From: Rhina ancylostomus
Lineage: Eukaryota
DNA length: 64,000 bases
Reading direction: 5' to 3'
Assembly (NCBI GenBank): GCA_030265395.1
Contig: JARFYF010000052.1
Coordinates: 78,378,941 to 78,442,940 of the forward strand
Program-made: the position numbers and the translations under genes
In this document: positions 50,985 to 64,000 of the stretch, one piece after another
Position numbering within the stretch: the first letter of the stretch is position 1
Layout of the letters: the number at the start of each line of letters is the position of its first letter
The notes under the pieces: generated by a model
What the model saw: the letters and a program-made list of their open reading frames with translations, nothing else
What the model was told of the DNA's origin: nothing
Database searches by the model: none

Positions 50985-51370
50985 TATCCCTAAGATATGG
51001 AAGGATGTGCTGCTGATGGAGAATGTTCAGAGGAGATTCACGAGGATGGTTCCTGGAATGAAAGGGCTGACATATGATGAGCGCTTGTCNNNNNNNNNNN
51101 NNNNNNNNNNNNNNNNNNNNNNNNNNNNNNNNNNNNNNNNNNNNNNNNNNNNNNNNNNNNNNNNNNNNNNNNNNNNNNNNNNNNNNNNNATTGGGTACAT
51201 TCAAGGAGGAGATAGACAGATATGTAATTAGTCAAGGTATCAAGGGTTATGGGGATAAGGCAGGAAATTGGGGTTAATTTTTTCTCTTCCCCCCCCCAAC
51301 GACTTCGCCCTCTCATTTCCATGGAGCAGGCTCAATGGACCGAATGGTCACCTTCTGCTCCCTTACCTTG
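50985..51370 (+). mobile_element. CR1 LINE 3' fragment
   Basis: 'ENVQRRFTRMVPGMKGLTYDERL' and a CR1-like 3' UTR. Confidence 0.85.
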
Positions 51371-54353
51371 TGATTATGGTCAGTATTTCCCAGGCTTTTT
51401 ATTTGTGCTGATGTAGACTACTCCAATATAATTTACTGAAGTAGTTGACTGACAAGAAAGTAAGATACTCACAAACAACTGCTGCTAGAAAAGTATGCTG
51501 CAAATGAAATGAAAATCAAGAAACTGCAGATTCTGGAAATCTGTAATTAAAAACAGAATATGCCAGAAACAATCAACAGGTCAGGCAGCAATTACAGAAA
51601 GAGTTAAATGTTATGCTTTGTTGCAAATGCAAATGAGTTTTGCTAAGTCGCAATTGCTGCATCACACATCTCAGGCTTATTTTCAGTATGCGGATTGTCA
51701 TTTCCACTGTTTCAAAGTTCTGTGTGGTTAAACTAAATGATTTTTATTTTACAATTTAATCTGATATTTCAGCTCCCATCTCATGTTCATATTCCACACA
51801 TTCTTTCACAGTATCTTCTAGCCTTATCTCATCTAAATCAATCAGCATTATCCACTGTTCTCTTCCTTAAATGTGTAACATTTGCTTCAACCACTCCCTG
51901 TGTTAGCAACTTGGGTGCTCTCACTCTACTCTTTAGGAAAGGTTCTTCTGAATATCCTGTTGGGCCTAGTTATGCTTGGCCCCACAAGCAGAAACATACT
52001 CTGTCTGTACCCAATCTCTCAAACTCTCCATAATTCTTAAAGTTTGGAATTTTAAAATGTCATAAATAGATGTGGTGTAAAATTCTTATAAAATCTTTTA
52101 CACCAGTCTTAAATATCTAACAGCCAATAGACCAGTTTAAAATGTGATTTGAGTAAATTTGCAATTTTAATATTTTAGACCACTCTGCTTTCTTAGACAG
52201 TTGATCATACAGGTAGTGTGGTTGGTATGACCTTTAAGATAATGTTTCCAAACAAAGGTTCGGGCTTCAATAGGTGTAGAAGTATCATCTGAACTCCAAC
52301 ATGAATTAATTATTCTTGCCTTCAGCTGCCCACTTGCTGTTATTTTTCCCCAATGCTAGATAATATACAACAGGTGCTACTTTGTTTAGTAATTCATTGT
52401 GATACTCAAATGAGGATGGGGTTGGTCTCAAAGACACTGCCTCCTTTTGTTTATCAACCACCATTCACAATCTAATCTGTTGGTGTGGGTCCTCTGAGCT
52501 TTGTCTATTGCATGCTGTTTTTGCTGTTTAGTGCACACCTGGCCCTGTGTTGCAGTTTCACTAGGTTGAAACCTCACTTAAAGATCTGTCTGATGCTGCT
52601 CCCTGCATGTCCATCTGCACTCTTCATTGAATCAGAGTTGACCCTCAGCTTGATTGTAAAGGTGGCGTGAGGGCCTTCTGCACTGAGATTGTGGCAGTGT
52701 ATATTTCCACTGCTACTGATGGCCCACAGAGCCACATGGATGCCCAGTTTTGAGCTGCCAAATCTCTTCTATACTACTAAGCATGATTGAAGTGCCACAC
52801 AACATGACGGAGAGTATCTTCACTGTTATAATGAGATCTTGCTTCCTTAAAGGGCTGTGCAGTATTCACTTTCACTAATACTGTCATATGCAAATACACC
52901 CATCACAAAAGACTGGTGAGAATGAGATCAAATTGGTTAATCCCATGTGACGTTCAATACTGCTACACAGTATGAAGAAAATTAATCAGCTGTTGGATCC
53001 AAATTATGAATCAGTCCTGTATGGATGGCAGATGACACAACAACAGGTGGGGAGACAGAAATATAACCACAGTGAAGAACATAGGTTCTACTTGACACCA
53101 GAGAGGAAATAACTCAAGCAGTGCCCTAAATTTAGAATAGTAAGGTAATACTTAAGAGACTAATGAAAATCTACTTAGTTTTGAGAACATTCCAAGCACT
53201 GGATGCATCATGACGACATTACTGACAAATCAAGAGTGAAAAACAAATCTTACTCCTGTTGGGATTCACTAACCAGCTGGTGAAGATCTGTCTTAATTCA
53301 TCCAGTGGCGCTTACCATGAGCAAGATGAATAATAAAATAATCACTCAACTTGCAACTGACAATATTCAAGTGTTGAGCTTCAAATGGCACCAGACAACA
53401 TTCTCTGTGTTTTCAGTTCTTCTGTATTGGTGATTGAACAACCTTCATAAGACCACTAAATTCTACCACTTGAGCCTGACAGCCTTTTCCTGGTTGTAAA
53501 TTCTTTTCATCCATGGTTCCTGCACTGCGCCATAAATTCTCGAGAATCCTCATTAAGTTTGCTGCAAGAACTGTCACTGAGTCTTTAAAAGAGCCAAGAT
53601 TCCTACCTGACAGAGTACGAGGTCAACAGAGGCCAATACCCTAGCAACAAGATGGTGTGAACCAATCAGAACACCGGTCTCACTAAGAGCACAAATTTGG
53701 GCCAATCGAAGTGGAGCATAAAATGTGAACTTCACCCTGCCATTGTCAGCACCAGCAAAATGATCACATGAACCAATCAAAATTGCCCTGCTGTCACCCA
53801 AACCACTACCAGCAACAGTACCACCAGCACACAGTGCTATCCAAACTGAACATTTGGAACAAATGCTTCATGTTATACACCCAAGAATACATTTACCTGT
53901 AATTAAAACTCTGCTTGGACTCACCGAATTCACCCCATCACAAAATAATCAACTTCCGCATTGATAATATTATTCATCATTGTCCCCATCACTGTCCACC
54001 ACCTGATGGATTCTTTCTCCAATACTTTATTACTTCCAGATTTGACTACTCCTATACTTTCTTGGATGATGTCCCATCCTCCACCTTCTGCAAACCTTAA
54101 TTCATTCAAAAATCTGTGACCTTTATCCTATCTGATATGAAGTCTCTCTTTCCCTTCATCACTGGGTTTGTTGATCTGCATTGACTTGTAGGTTCTAAAA
54201 GCTTTACATTTCAAAATGTAATCTTGCATTTGAAGTCCAATCTCACTCTCAACCTTACGTCTCCTCCTGTGCTACACTTGACCTATCTGGTCCTCTAAAT
54301 TGGGCTCTGCACATTTCCAGAATTATTGGTAGTGCCTTGAGAAACTTTGCCCC

Positions 54354-54554
54354 TGTCACAATGTTGATTCGGAGTAAACTCACAGAACCCAAATGCGGCA
54401 CACTGATACAAGACTGGAGTCAGGATACTTCCTCAGGACAAACACAGGCAGTNNNNNNNNNNNNNNNNNNNNNNNNNNTATCCTGACTCCAGTCTTGTAT
54501 CAGTGTGCCGCATTTGGGTTCTCTGTGAGTTTGCTCTTGATCAACATTGTGACA
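54354..54554. mobile_element. LTR family 1 ends in head-to-head orientation across an N-gap
   Basis: Same LTR terminus on both strands either side of the gap. Confidence 0.65.
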
Positions 54555-57500
54555 TAGATGACTGGATTTTTCTTGTGTCTTAATGAGATCTAGTTTTCCT
54601 GGATTCTTTTGAACACACTTTTAAAAATGTTTGTCATTGTTGTTTTCCCAGTTATATTCTCACCCCCTTAAAAGAAGCCTGGTTTTGTCTAGCTCCTATA
54701 TGTCTAAAGCAAGTAAAAAAGCACCCAGTGCTTTTCCCCCATCCTTTAATGCTGTTCAAAATCTGGATGAAAAGCTATAACAATAATATGACTACAAGAA
54801 GAGGGTGGAATCTGGGTACTCTGAAACCAATCCTGACCTTTCAAAGCCTCTATGAGGAACAAGAATTGTTGAAATTAATGTTCACTATCTTAACCACTCA
54901 TGCAATATTCCCATTTTAAGTGCTGCTTATGGGATGCATTGTAGCAATTCAACAACCTCACTTCAACTGCATCTCCCAATCGGTCAACTTTACCTCTGAG
55001 TAACCCAATGACAGTAATGTTATAGAATCATTCATCACATCCAGTTTCCTCTCTAAATTTCCACATCACTAATCCTTTATGCTTTTTGGTTACAAAAAAG
55101 AACACTCTGGTAGTTCAGGATGAAAATCTATCGCCTCAAAGATATCAGCAGTAGTTAATACAAGGCCTTTCTAGTGTTGGTCTCATCCATCATGTATTAC
55201 GTTAAGACTGGCCCTGTGCCTGTGAAATACTGCATGGAAGCCAAAATCACAGAAACATTAAATGGTATGGTACAGAGGGCAGCCATTTGGCCCATATTAC
55301 CCATGTTGGTTCTTTGGAAGAGCAATCTAATCATTTCCAATCCTCAGTTCTCTCCCCATAGTGTAACAGCTTTATTTTGTTTGAGTACATATCCAGCTTT
55401 ATCCTGTAAATTGTTATTCAATTTAGTTCTAACACTCCTTGCGTCCATGAATTCCAGATCTTATCAAATCTCTGTATGGAGCTGTGTGTGTTTATTCTGG
55501 TAAAACCTTTAACTTCCCTTACTTTGGTTGCTGATCTTTTTAACATTGGAAACAGTTTCTCGTTATTCGTTCCATCAAAAGTCTTCATAATGTTAAACGC
55601 AGTTCTCTTAACTTTCTTTGCTCTAGGAACAACTGCAGTCGCTCTGTTTTCTCCACGTAACTGAAGCGCTTCGTGCGTGGTAGCATTCTAATAAATCTGT
55701 GCACAACTGTAAAGCATTGATATCCTGCTTAATGTGAGGTGCCCTGAATTAGCAAAGTACTTCAAGGTTCAACCAGCACTGGATCAGCCGTGATCACATT
55801 GAATAACGGGGCAGGCTTGAGGAGCTGAGTGATCTCCTCCTGCTCCTTATTTTCTTGTGTGTTACATAACACATCCAACTAGCACTCCATCATGTTCGTG
55901 CACCCACGTTGTGTCCATGCCTGCTGTTCCTGTTCACCATTCATGTATTCAACCTGTTGTGCTTGCCAGAGGAAGTATCCGTGATTTTGGTGGACGGGCT
56001 TAAAAAAGTACTTCATTGCTTTTTTAAATCCATGCCTCTATTCACCCACCTCAATTTATCCTGCCACCTGGAAAGATTTGCGTGCAATACTAGATCTAGA
56101 TCTCTACGTCCGTAGACGCATTTAAATGTGGACTATTTCACGCATATTACCTCACCAATTTGTTCTGTAGCTTGTCCTCCCTGATAACTATTGTCTGTGT
56201 TCGGCTCTGATCCTGTCCACGTCATGTAAAGTCTGCCAAGACTCATCAAGCAGTACAACACAAGACTTAAAAGGTTTATTGAAATCAAGTAACGCTACTA
56301 CTAATATAACGTAAAATGCGATAAATAATTTCTCAAGTATCTCCTCTTCAAAGAAAAACTCTCCTGGACAAACACGATTTCCCTTCTACAAATCCATGTT
56401 AGCTTTCATTGACCTATATTTTGCAATGGTATTTAATATGGCTCTTGGTGAGCATCGCTCAAGGACGCTGCCATATAAACAATAATAGAACATACTGTAG
56501 TTTCTGGGTTTATTGTTCTCCTTTTGTTTAAACAATTGTGCAACATTTGTCATCTTTCAGTCCTCTTCCATCCCGTATACAATAAAGACGGGAAGATGGA
56601 AATGGAAAAAAAAACCTGCAGCTGCTGGAAAGCTGAAATGAAACCAGTAAATGCTGGAAACGTTCAGCAGGTCAGGCAGCGGAGTTGACATTTCAGATCG
56701 GAGGCCTTTCGTCAGCCAGAGTCCCTATAATTCCCAGTCTCTCTCCTCTCAGTAACTTAGATACCAACCTTTTAACTACTCCTTCATTAAATATGTTACG
56801 TCCACATTCGCTCCCACTTCGCCCACTGTTACAATGACAGCATCCTCGACAGGGAGATCGGTGCAGAGAGCTCGTCTAGTCCATCAGCTTTGCCCCTCCC
56901 CCCACCATCTCCAAGAATCGGAAGAAAAGTTTCCATTACCAAATTCTCTCTGCATATGATTCATCCAGGTTCATTCGACCAACTGTTACAATGGCAGTTC
57001 AGGCTCCATCATTACTTTTATGTTCCTGTAGGCCGTTCGGTGTTTCCCGGGTGCGAGACTGACGCGAGCTCGACGTAAACGAGGAAATTCAGTTGCCTTT
57101 TCCTGGGCTGTTACTTCTAGTTTTTTTGTTCGTGATGGAACCTCCATCCGGATCCTTACAAGAAAAATGATGAGCAGAGGGCGGGACCTGGGGCATTGAA
57201 TTCCTAATCTGGGAGTTGCTGATAGTGGTCTGAGAGTAGAAGGTTCATTCTTGCAAATAAAATCTGGTTGGGGACCTTTCCTCCAAGAGCTGAGTACAAC
57301 TGCACCAGAGCCGGGTCCGTAATATTAAATAAGACCGCCTTCGCTTTCACTGCCGCTCCTCACTCACAAGTAATGATCAACCTTAAATCAATTTGCTTAA
57401 GACCTTCCCAATGAGATACTCGGAACTCCCATGAAGACAACGTGCCTCTGAGCAATTGCACCAACTTTCAAATTGAGGTTTTTTTTGCATTGATATTGGG

Positions 57501-58171
57501 ATTATTAGCATTTAAAATACACATTTACAATATGTGCACTTCCGACAAGAAGAACCCGTGCTTTTGTAACTCGGTCTGTTGATTTAGACTAATTTTAGAT
57601 TTCTTCTGGTGTCAGTATGCATTTTTCAGCTTTTTGTATTTGCAGTTCTTAAAGGTGGCCAAGTCGTTGAATGGAGAAATCAAAATCACGAATTGCGGGA
57701 GTTTGCATTTTAGAAATCACTTCAGCGTGACATAATTTGGGAATGAGCCGGCTGCCAGGGATCCGGTTATTAAAGCTTCGTGTTACCACGAACGGTTAAG
57801 TTGAAAGCAGACGCCGGCCCCCGTGGTTATTCTCAGTTTTCTAATTTCAATCAATGACTGTGACGATTTGTTGCTTTCCTCGACCACTCTGGGAAACGAG
57901 GCAACAACTGTCTAGGTATCTGAATGCCGTGGTTGAATCCCATCGGTAAAAGGAGACTTTCATGCGACATGGCACAAACTCGGGACGTCCCGGTGCGGGC
58001 TACAATAAATGATGTGCTTTTCAAGTCTAGCCACCGGTGTACCTAAGGTCAAACTGCGCCCTGCAAAGTCCCAGAAGTAATTTTATAACCACTAGATAAC
58101 TGTTGTAAAGATGTTGGTTGTGGCCTCGGTATTGTCTAGTCATAGAGATGCAGCATGGACACGGGCCCTTC

Positions 58172-58242
58172 TGTCATGGTTCTGAGTTCTGGCCCTCAAT
58201 TTGGCTCCATTAATGCCTTGTTGTCCAGCACATGGATTCCAT
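58172..58242. mobile_element. LTR family 1 start (runs into a gap)
   Basis: 'tgtcatggttctgagttctggccctcaatttggctccattaatgcc'. Confidence 0.8.
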
Positions 58243-58539
58243 NNNNNNNNNNNNNNNNNNNNNNNNNNNNNNNNNNNNNNNNNNNNNNNNNNNNNNNNNN
58301 NNNNNNNNNNNNNNNNNNNNNNNNNNNNNNNNNNNNNNNNNNNNNNNNNNNNNNNNNNNNNNNNNNNNNNNNNNNNNNNNNNNNNNNNNNNNNNNNNNNN
58401 NNNNNNNNNNNNNNNNNNNNNNNNNNNNNNNNNNNNNNNNNNNNNNNNNNNNNNNNNNNNNNNNNNNNNNNNNNNNNNNNNNNNNNNNNNNNNNNNNNNN
58501 NNNNNNNNNNNNNNNNNNNNNNNNNNNNNNNNNNNNNNC

Positions 58540-59110
58540 ACTTGACTCATTTTCCTTTCCATTCCCTGTGCAGCATTCCAAGGAGACCATTCCTTCCATG
58601 ACTCTCCCCGTTTCCACTTCTTTCCACTTCCCGTGCCACTGCAGGAGATGCAACACCTGCCCTTTTACCTCATCTTTTCCCACCATCCAAAGACCCAAAC
58701 ACTCCTTCCCGGTGAAGTAGCAATCCTGATGTGCGTTTCGCTCTCTGCTCATAATGTGGTTTGTTCGACATTGCAGACACCAAATACAGAATGAGCGAAC
58801 ACTTTGGAGAGCTTCTCTATTGCGTCTATAGGGATGACCCTGAGCTTCCAGTTACTTGTCATTTTAATTCCCCATCCCACTTCCATTTTGACCTATTTGC
58901 CTTTGGCCTCCTGCATTACTCCAACCATGCCCAACACAAACAGCGCCTTATCTTCCTTGCTTGTTATAACCTCGGGAATCAACAATGACTTCAGATAACC
59001 AGCTTGGACAGTACTGGTGAAAGGTTAAGTGCTTCTCCGCAAGATGTGGCTGCATTACTGAGGGTTCTGAGCATTTTCTGTTTTTATGTCAGATTTCCAG
59101 CGTCAGCGAT
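58540..59110 (+). mobile_element. Penelope-like (GIY-YIG region) remnant
   Basis: 'CHCRRCNTCPF', 'TKYRMSEHFGE', 'LPVTCHFNSPSH', reminiscent of Penelope endonuclease fragments. Confidence 0.55.
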
Positions 59111-61065
59111 CTCTTTGTTTTTTTTCAGACTGTTAGTGACATTTGTGAATTGTAGCTGCCAGTTCTCCTGTGTTTACTATCCAAAATATCTCAATCTCCT
59201 ACCGATCTGCATTTCCTTTTCTTTTAATAATTCATTTAATATTTGGCTGATATCATGTTAGCTTTCAATAATCCATTATAAAGATCCCTTTACTGGGTAC
59301 CTCTGTTGTTCTTGCGGCTTCTCTGCTTTCCGTTCCGTTTTGACACAACTTTCAAAGGTCCTTGCTCGTTCTTGAAATCCTCCGATAAAACCGTCATTTG
59401 TGTCGGTTCCATGTTAACTGCATGATTCTGGCAACCCCGCGGACATTTAACCTAATGTATAATCATTGATTAATCATGTAACTCTTTAGTTAAGGTGCTG
59501 ATGAACTTTTCGCAAGCTAGAGATAATGAGCATATTTTCTTCCACGCTGGTTTACGCTGGGTTTTCAAGTGTCAGAAATTGATATGAATGAGCATGTTTC
59601 GTACCACTGAGAGCTGCTATTCCATGCGAAACCAACTTCAAGTTTTCTTTGGAGACTTTCGAGAAAGTCTTTCCGACTCTCTTTATACCAATAGTTCGTA
59701 TTACCTCGGCGCAGGTAAAGCACGAGATTAGTTTTGCTAAAATATAGTTATTAATGCTATTGTTAAACTGTGAAAACATTATTTCTCAAAGCTCTGTCAG
59801 TAACATAAATCAGCTGCTCTAATTGATCTTGTGTTTGATTGGTTGGATAACAAATGCTCTCAATTTGGTTGATTCTCTTGTTTGAATCTCATCGATTAGG
59901 GTGAAAAAAGCAAGGATATTTGGAAGTAAAGGACAGTTTGTTGGGTAGGTATGGAGTGCAGCTGTAGGCGCCACACTATTTTCAAATCCTTTGGCTTAGG
60001 CACACGCAAGGAAGAGCTGGATGCATTTTGTCCATTACCTTTACCCCACCATCCACAAGGCTTTGTGGCTGATACAGGTTGCCCACAATGGAGGGAAATG
60101 CCACGTATCAACATTGATACAATCCACTGACATCAAGATATAGAACTGTATTTTAAAGAAACAGTTCATCATTCCGCCACTGTCTATCCTGAGCTCTCGT
60201 CTGAACGTAATTGGAATAAAATATGGTATGCTCTCTTCATTAGTCACTTAATATAACACGCGTTTTTAACTACTATATCCCATTGCGTTTTATGTTTAAC
60301 TTGTTATTTCCTTTGGACAAGATAGTTCGAGTCGTTCCTTCATCCAGGAAGCAGCTTGGCTTGTTAGGAGCTATGGCTTGGCCAAGTTAGTGTTCTCGTA
60401 ACTGGAGTTACAGTGACTAGAAATATGGGCCCGTGTGGTTGCTTCGAGCCATTCTGAAAGGCAGTGTGTGACCTCGGAGGCATTGGATGTAACTTTCGTC
60501 CCAGAAAAAAATGTGTGGACTACAATATATTAATGAAATAAGTTAAAATGAACGGATGAAAAGAGAGACAATACCAAAGAAAACGCTGAGGGTAAGTGAA
60601 GATAATGTGCATCGATGTGTATAAAACATTGTTTTATTTAGTGCTGCATATTGTATTAATAAAAAAATGTTGTTAGCTTCGTTGCAGTAATATTGGGANN
60701 NNNNNNNNNNNNNNNNNNNNNNNNNNNNNNNNNNNNNNNNNNNNNNNNNNNNNNNNNNNNNNNNNNNNNNNNNNNNNNNNNNNNNNNNNNNNNNNNNNNN
60801 NNNNNNNNNNNNNNNNNNNNNNNNNNNNNNNNNNNNNNNNNNNNNNNNNNNNNNNNNNNNNNNNNNNNNNNNNNNNNNNNNNNNNNNNNNNNNNNNNNNN
60901 NNNNNNNNNNNNNNNNNNNNNNNNNNNNNNNNNNNNNNNNNNNNNNNNNNNNNNNNNNNNNNNNNNNNNNNNNNNNNNNNNNNNNNNNNNNNNNNNNNNN
61001 NNNNNNNNNNNNNNNNNNNNNNNNNNNNNNNNNNNNNNNNNNNNNNNNNNNNNNNNNNNNNNNNN

Positions 61066-61562
61066 TATCTGGATGTACCACGGCTTGGTATGGTAACTGT
61101 TCTGCCCCTGACAGCAAGAAACTGCAAAGTGTTGGGGACACAGCTCAGTACATCACAGGAACCAGCCTCCCCTCCATGGACTCCTGTCTATACTTCTCGC
61201 TGCCTCAGTAAAGCAGCAAGTATAATCAAAGACCTCACTCATCCTGGACATTCTCTCTTCTCCCCTGTCCCATCGGGCAGAAGACACAAAAGCCTGAAAG
61301 CACGTACCACCAGGCTCAAGAACAGCTTCTGTCCCGCTGTTATAAGATTATTGAACGATTCCCTTGTACAAGTGGATGGACTCGTCCTCTCAATCTACCT
61401 CGTAACGACCTTGCACCTTATTGTCTACCTGCACTGCACTTTATCTGTAGCTGTTACACTTTATTCTACATTCTGTTACTGTTTTACCTTCTACTACCTC
61501 AATGCACTGTTTAATGAATTGATCTGTATGAACGATACGCAAGACAAGTTTTTTCCACTGTA
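61066..61562 (+). mobile_element. Rex1/Babar-like LINE 3' end
   Basis: 'SGCTTAWYGNCSAPD', 'HPGHSLFSPVPSGRR..SLKARTTRLKNSF'. Confidence 0.88.
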
Positions 61563-63329
61563 CAAAATGCAATTGACATTCTCCTAAGAAAACTTCTTAA
61601 CTCGATACTTATCCTGTTAATATTTCAACGGCAAAGATTAACATTTACATCTGAATGTTCATCCTTTGTCCAGTTTACCTGTAAAATATTCTGAAACATT
61701 TCTGACGTTGCTAAATCAATGCGCAGTATAAACTAAAATAAAAGAAGGGTTAATATAACATCGGTGTAAATTCAGTAATAGTATAACCCTGACTATTTTA
61801 ACCATTTGCTCCGAAGTGGTGCACATTACCTCCTTCGGAAACCGACGATTGCGTTCGTTTGCTGTCAAACAGCATCTTTTAACATCCTGTAACTGTCCCA
61901 AAATAAAGTCACGGAGAGGCCAGTCCATCACCGTCACGAAGAACGAGCTCTGCAAATTCGTTGGTACTGCTTCCCAGAAATAAAATGCTAAACTCTTTGA
62001 AATTTACGATTTTAAATGTATTTAATCTTTGCCAAAAAAAATCTAAAGCTGGTTAATGGGCGAGGAACGAGCTGCACAACATTAATTCCACAGCATGCCT
62101 GAGGTAAGCGCTCAACACTTAAAAACTCTACCTAACTGTTTTGTTACCCAGTAGTTCACCGTTGCGATGCAACTTTATAAGGTTTCCTTTGTCTTTATTA
62201 TTTGTGTCAGTAGTCGTTTGAACTAGTTTTTAAAACATAACAGATGCAGGACACTGTAAATGTTCAATAGTGCAGCTTGGGACAGGGGTATGACTCGCCA
62301 CTGTGTTTTGGCTGCTTTAAATCCCACATAGATTCCCTCCCCCGTGCTTGAGTGAGTTATTGAACTATCGCTCGGAAGCCCATGCAGCCAGCAGCTGCCG
62401 GGAATATGTCGATTGCGGGGTCAGTGATTAGCTGCCGGCTCTGAAATGTTGACTGACACTAGCTAAGGAGGGCGGAAAAGAAAGAGCCTGGCACTTAATT
62501 CTTGTGGCGACTTCCTCTCTCCTATCTCAGCCGCATGAAATGGATGCGTCCCAGAGCGCGGCCGGACAGGGGATGCTTGAAGATCTGATTCTGATAATGG
62601 AGTTAAGCCGCCTGACATTCCCAGATTGTCCGCCGCCTCTCTAACAAACTGACGGCATTTAATAATGTGGGCAATTTAGCTGACCAGTAGCGGTTTGGGC
62701 TTATGTTATACAAAATACAAGTCGCGTAACCGGTTTACGACTTGCATCCGATATCACGGGTTAATTTACAACGCTATCTGAACACTGCCGCTAAATCATG
62801 GANNNNNNNNNNNNNNNNNNNNNNNNNNNNNNNNNNNNNNNNNNNNNNNNNNNNNNNNNNNNNNNNNNNNNNNNNNNNNNNNNNNNNNNNNNNNNNNNNN
62901 NNNNNNNNNNNNNNNNNNNNNNNNNNNNNNNNNNNNNNNNNNNNNNNNNNNNNNNNNNNNNNNNNNNNNNNNNNNNNNNNNNNNNNNNNNNNNNNNNNNN
63001 NNNNNNNNNNNNNNNNNNNNNNNNNNNNNNNNNNNNNNNNNNNNNNNNNNNNNNNNNNNNNNNNNNNNNNNNNNNNNNNNNNNNNNNNNNNNNNNNNNNN
63101 NNNNNNNNNNNNNNNNNNNNNNNNNNNNNNNNNNNNNNNNNNNNNNNNNNNNNNNNNNNNNNNNNNNNNNNNNNNNNNNNNNNNNATCTGGAGCAATGCA
63201 CAAAAAGTGCTGGAGGAACTCAGCAGGTCAGGCAGCATCCATGGAGGGAAATAAACAGTCGATGATTCGGGCCGAGACCCTTCATCAGGACAGGAAAGGA
63301 GTCCACGCCAACCGGTCCTCTCCAAATAA

Positions 63330-63880
63330 AACATTCGCTGCTTCTTCAATCTAACCACGTCCTACATCCCAAGAACCGTTCTGGTAAATCTCCTCTGAAC
63401 CCTCTGCTGTACCTCGACATCCTACAGCAAGGCGGCCAGAACTGAACACAATACTCCAGCTGAGGCCAAATCAGTGTTTTATAAAGGTTCAGCACGACTT
63501 GTCTGGTTTTATAAACTATGCCACTACTGATAAAAAAATGTTCTGAATGTCTTATCGATCGCTTCCTCAATCTGCCCTCCACTTCCAATGACGTGTGCAC
63601 CCATAACCCCGAACCCTCTGTTACTGCACCCCTTTAGAATACTATCTTTTTATTACCTCGCCGACCAAAATGTGAGGTATATTTCTCCGCATTAAACTCA
63701 TCTGCCATGGCCCTGGTCATTCCACCAGCCGCGTTGTATCCTGCTGCAAGTTATCACTATCCTTTTTGCAGTTCACAATACTGCCACAGTTTGTGTCACT
63801 CACACATTTAGAAATTGGGTTTGCACCCCCAAGTCTATACCACTTATATCGATCAAAAATATAATGGTCCTAATACCGAT
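63330..63880 (-). mobile_element. CR1 LINE fragment
   Basis: 'VVLNLYKTLIWPQLEYCVQFWPP'. Confidence 0.8.
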
Positions 63881-64000
63881 CCTATATGAAGAGAACGACC
63901 AACTTTATGGAGTACAATATATGGTTCATGGTGTTCTCGCAGTGCCTGTACACTGTTTGAAATAGAAAAGTTTGTTCACAAAAATATTCAAGATATGAAA

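Noticed and set aside
54354-54554. Apparent element with long terminal inverted repeats
   Set aside because: Both arms are the same LTR end flanking an N-gap; probably a scaffolding artefact
58140-63358. Long ORFs in the ORF track
   Set aside because: Mostly N-gap read-through (X runs) or LINE remnants

Overview
AT-rich, CpG-depleted vertebrate genomic DNA with many scaffold N-gaps. The repeat content (CR1 and Rex/Babar-type LINEs, tRNA-SINEs, inverted-repeat short elements) suggests a cartilaginous fish; this is an inference. No intact protein-coding gene is visible. Positions ~3.5-43.5 kb are an old, decayed tandem segmental duplication (units A, B, C and a partial D). Each full unit carries a short signal-peptide exon on + (absent from D) and an up to ~6-kb non-transposon segment. 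Read on the minus strand across copies, that segment yields a broken reading frame with the ordered motifs of a segmented negative-strand RNA virus (bunyavirus-class, arena/nairo-like) L polymerase: G-like 'R.LLMAS', F/pre-A 'PKSQ...ELQVQ', A 'SA.CTK..PI(H/Y)S', B 'EY(I/L)GQG' and C 'SISDDQ'. I interpret it as a tandemly amplified endogenous viral element (EVE) fused at its 5' end to a CR1 RT fragment. This rests on manual translation only and needs a profile search. Also present: a class I ERV pol remnant, a Gypsy pol remnant, three LTR families, and a CpG-richer unique region at 55-63 kb.
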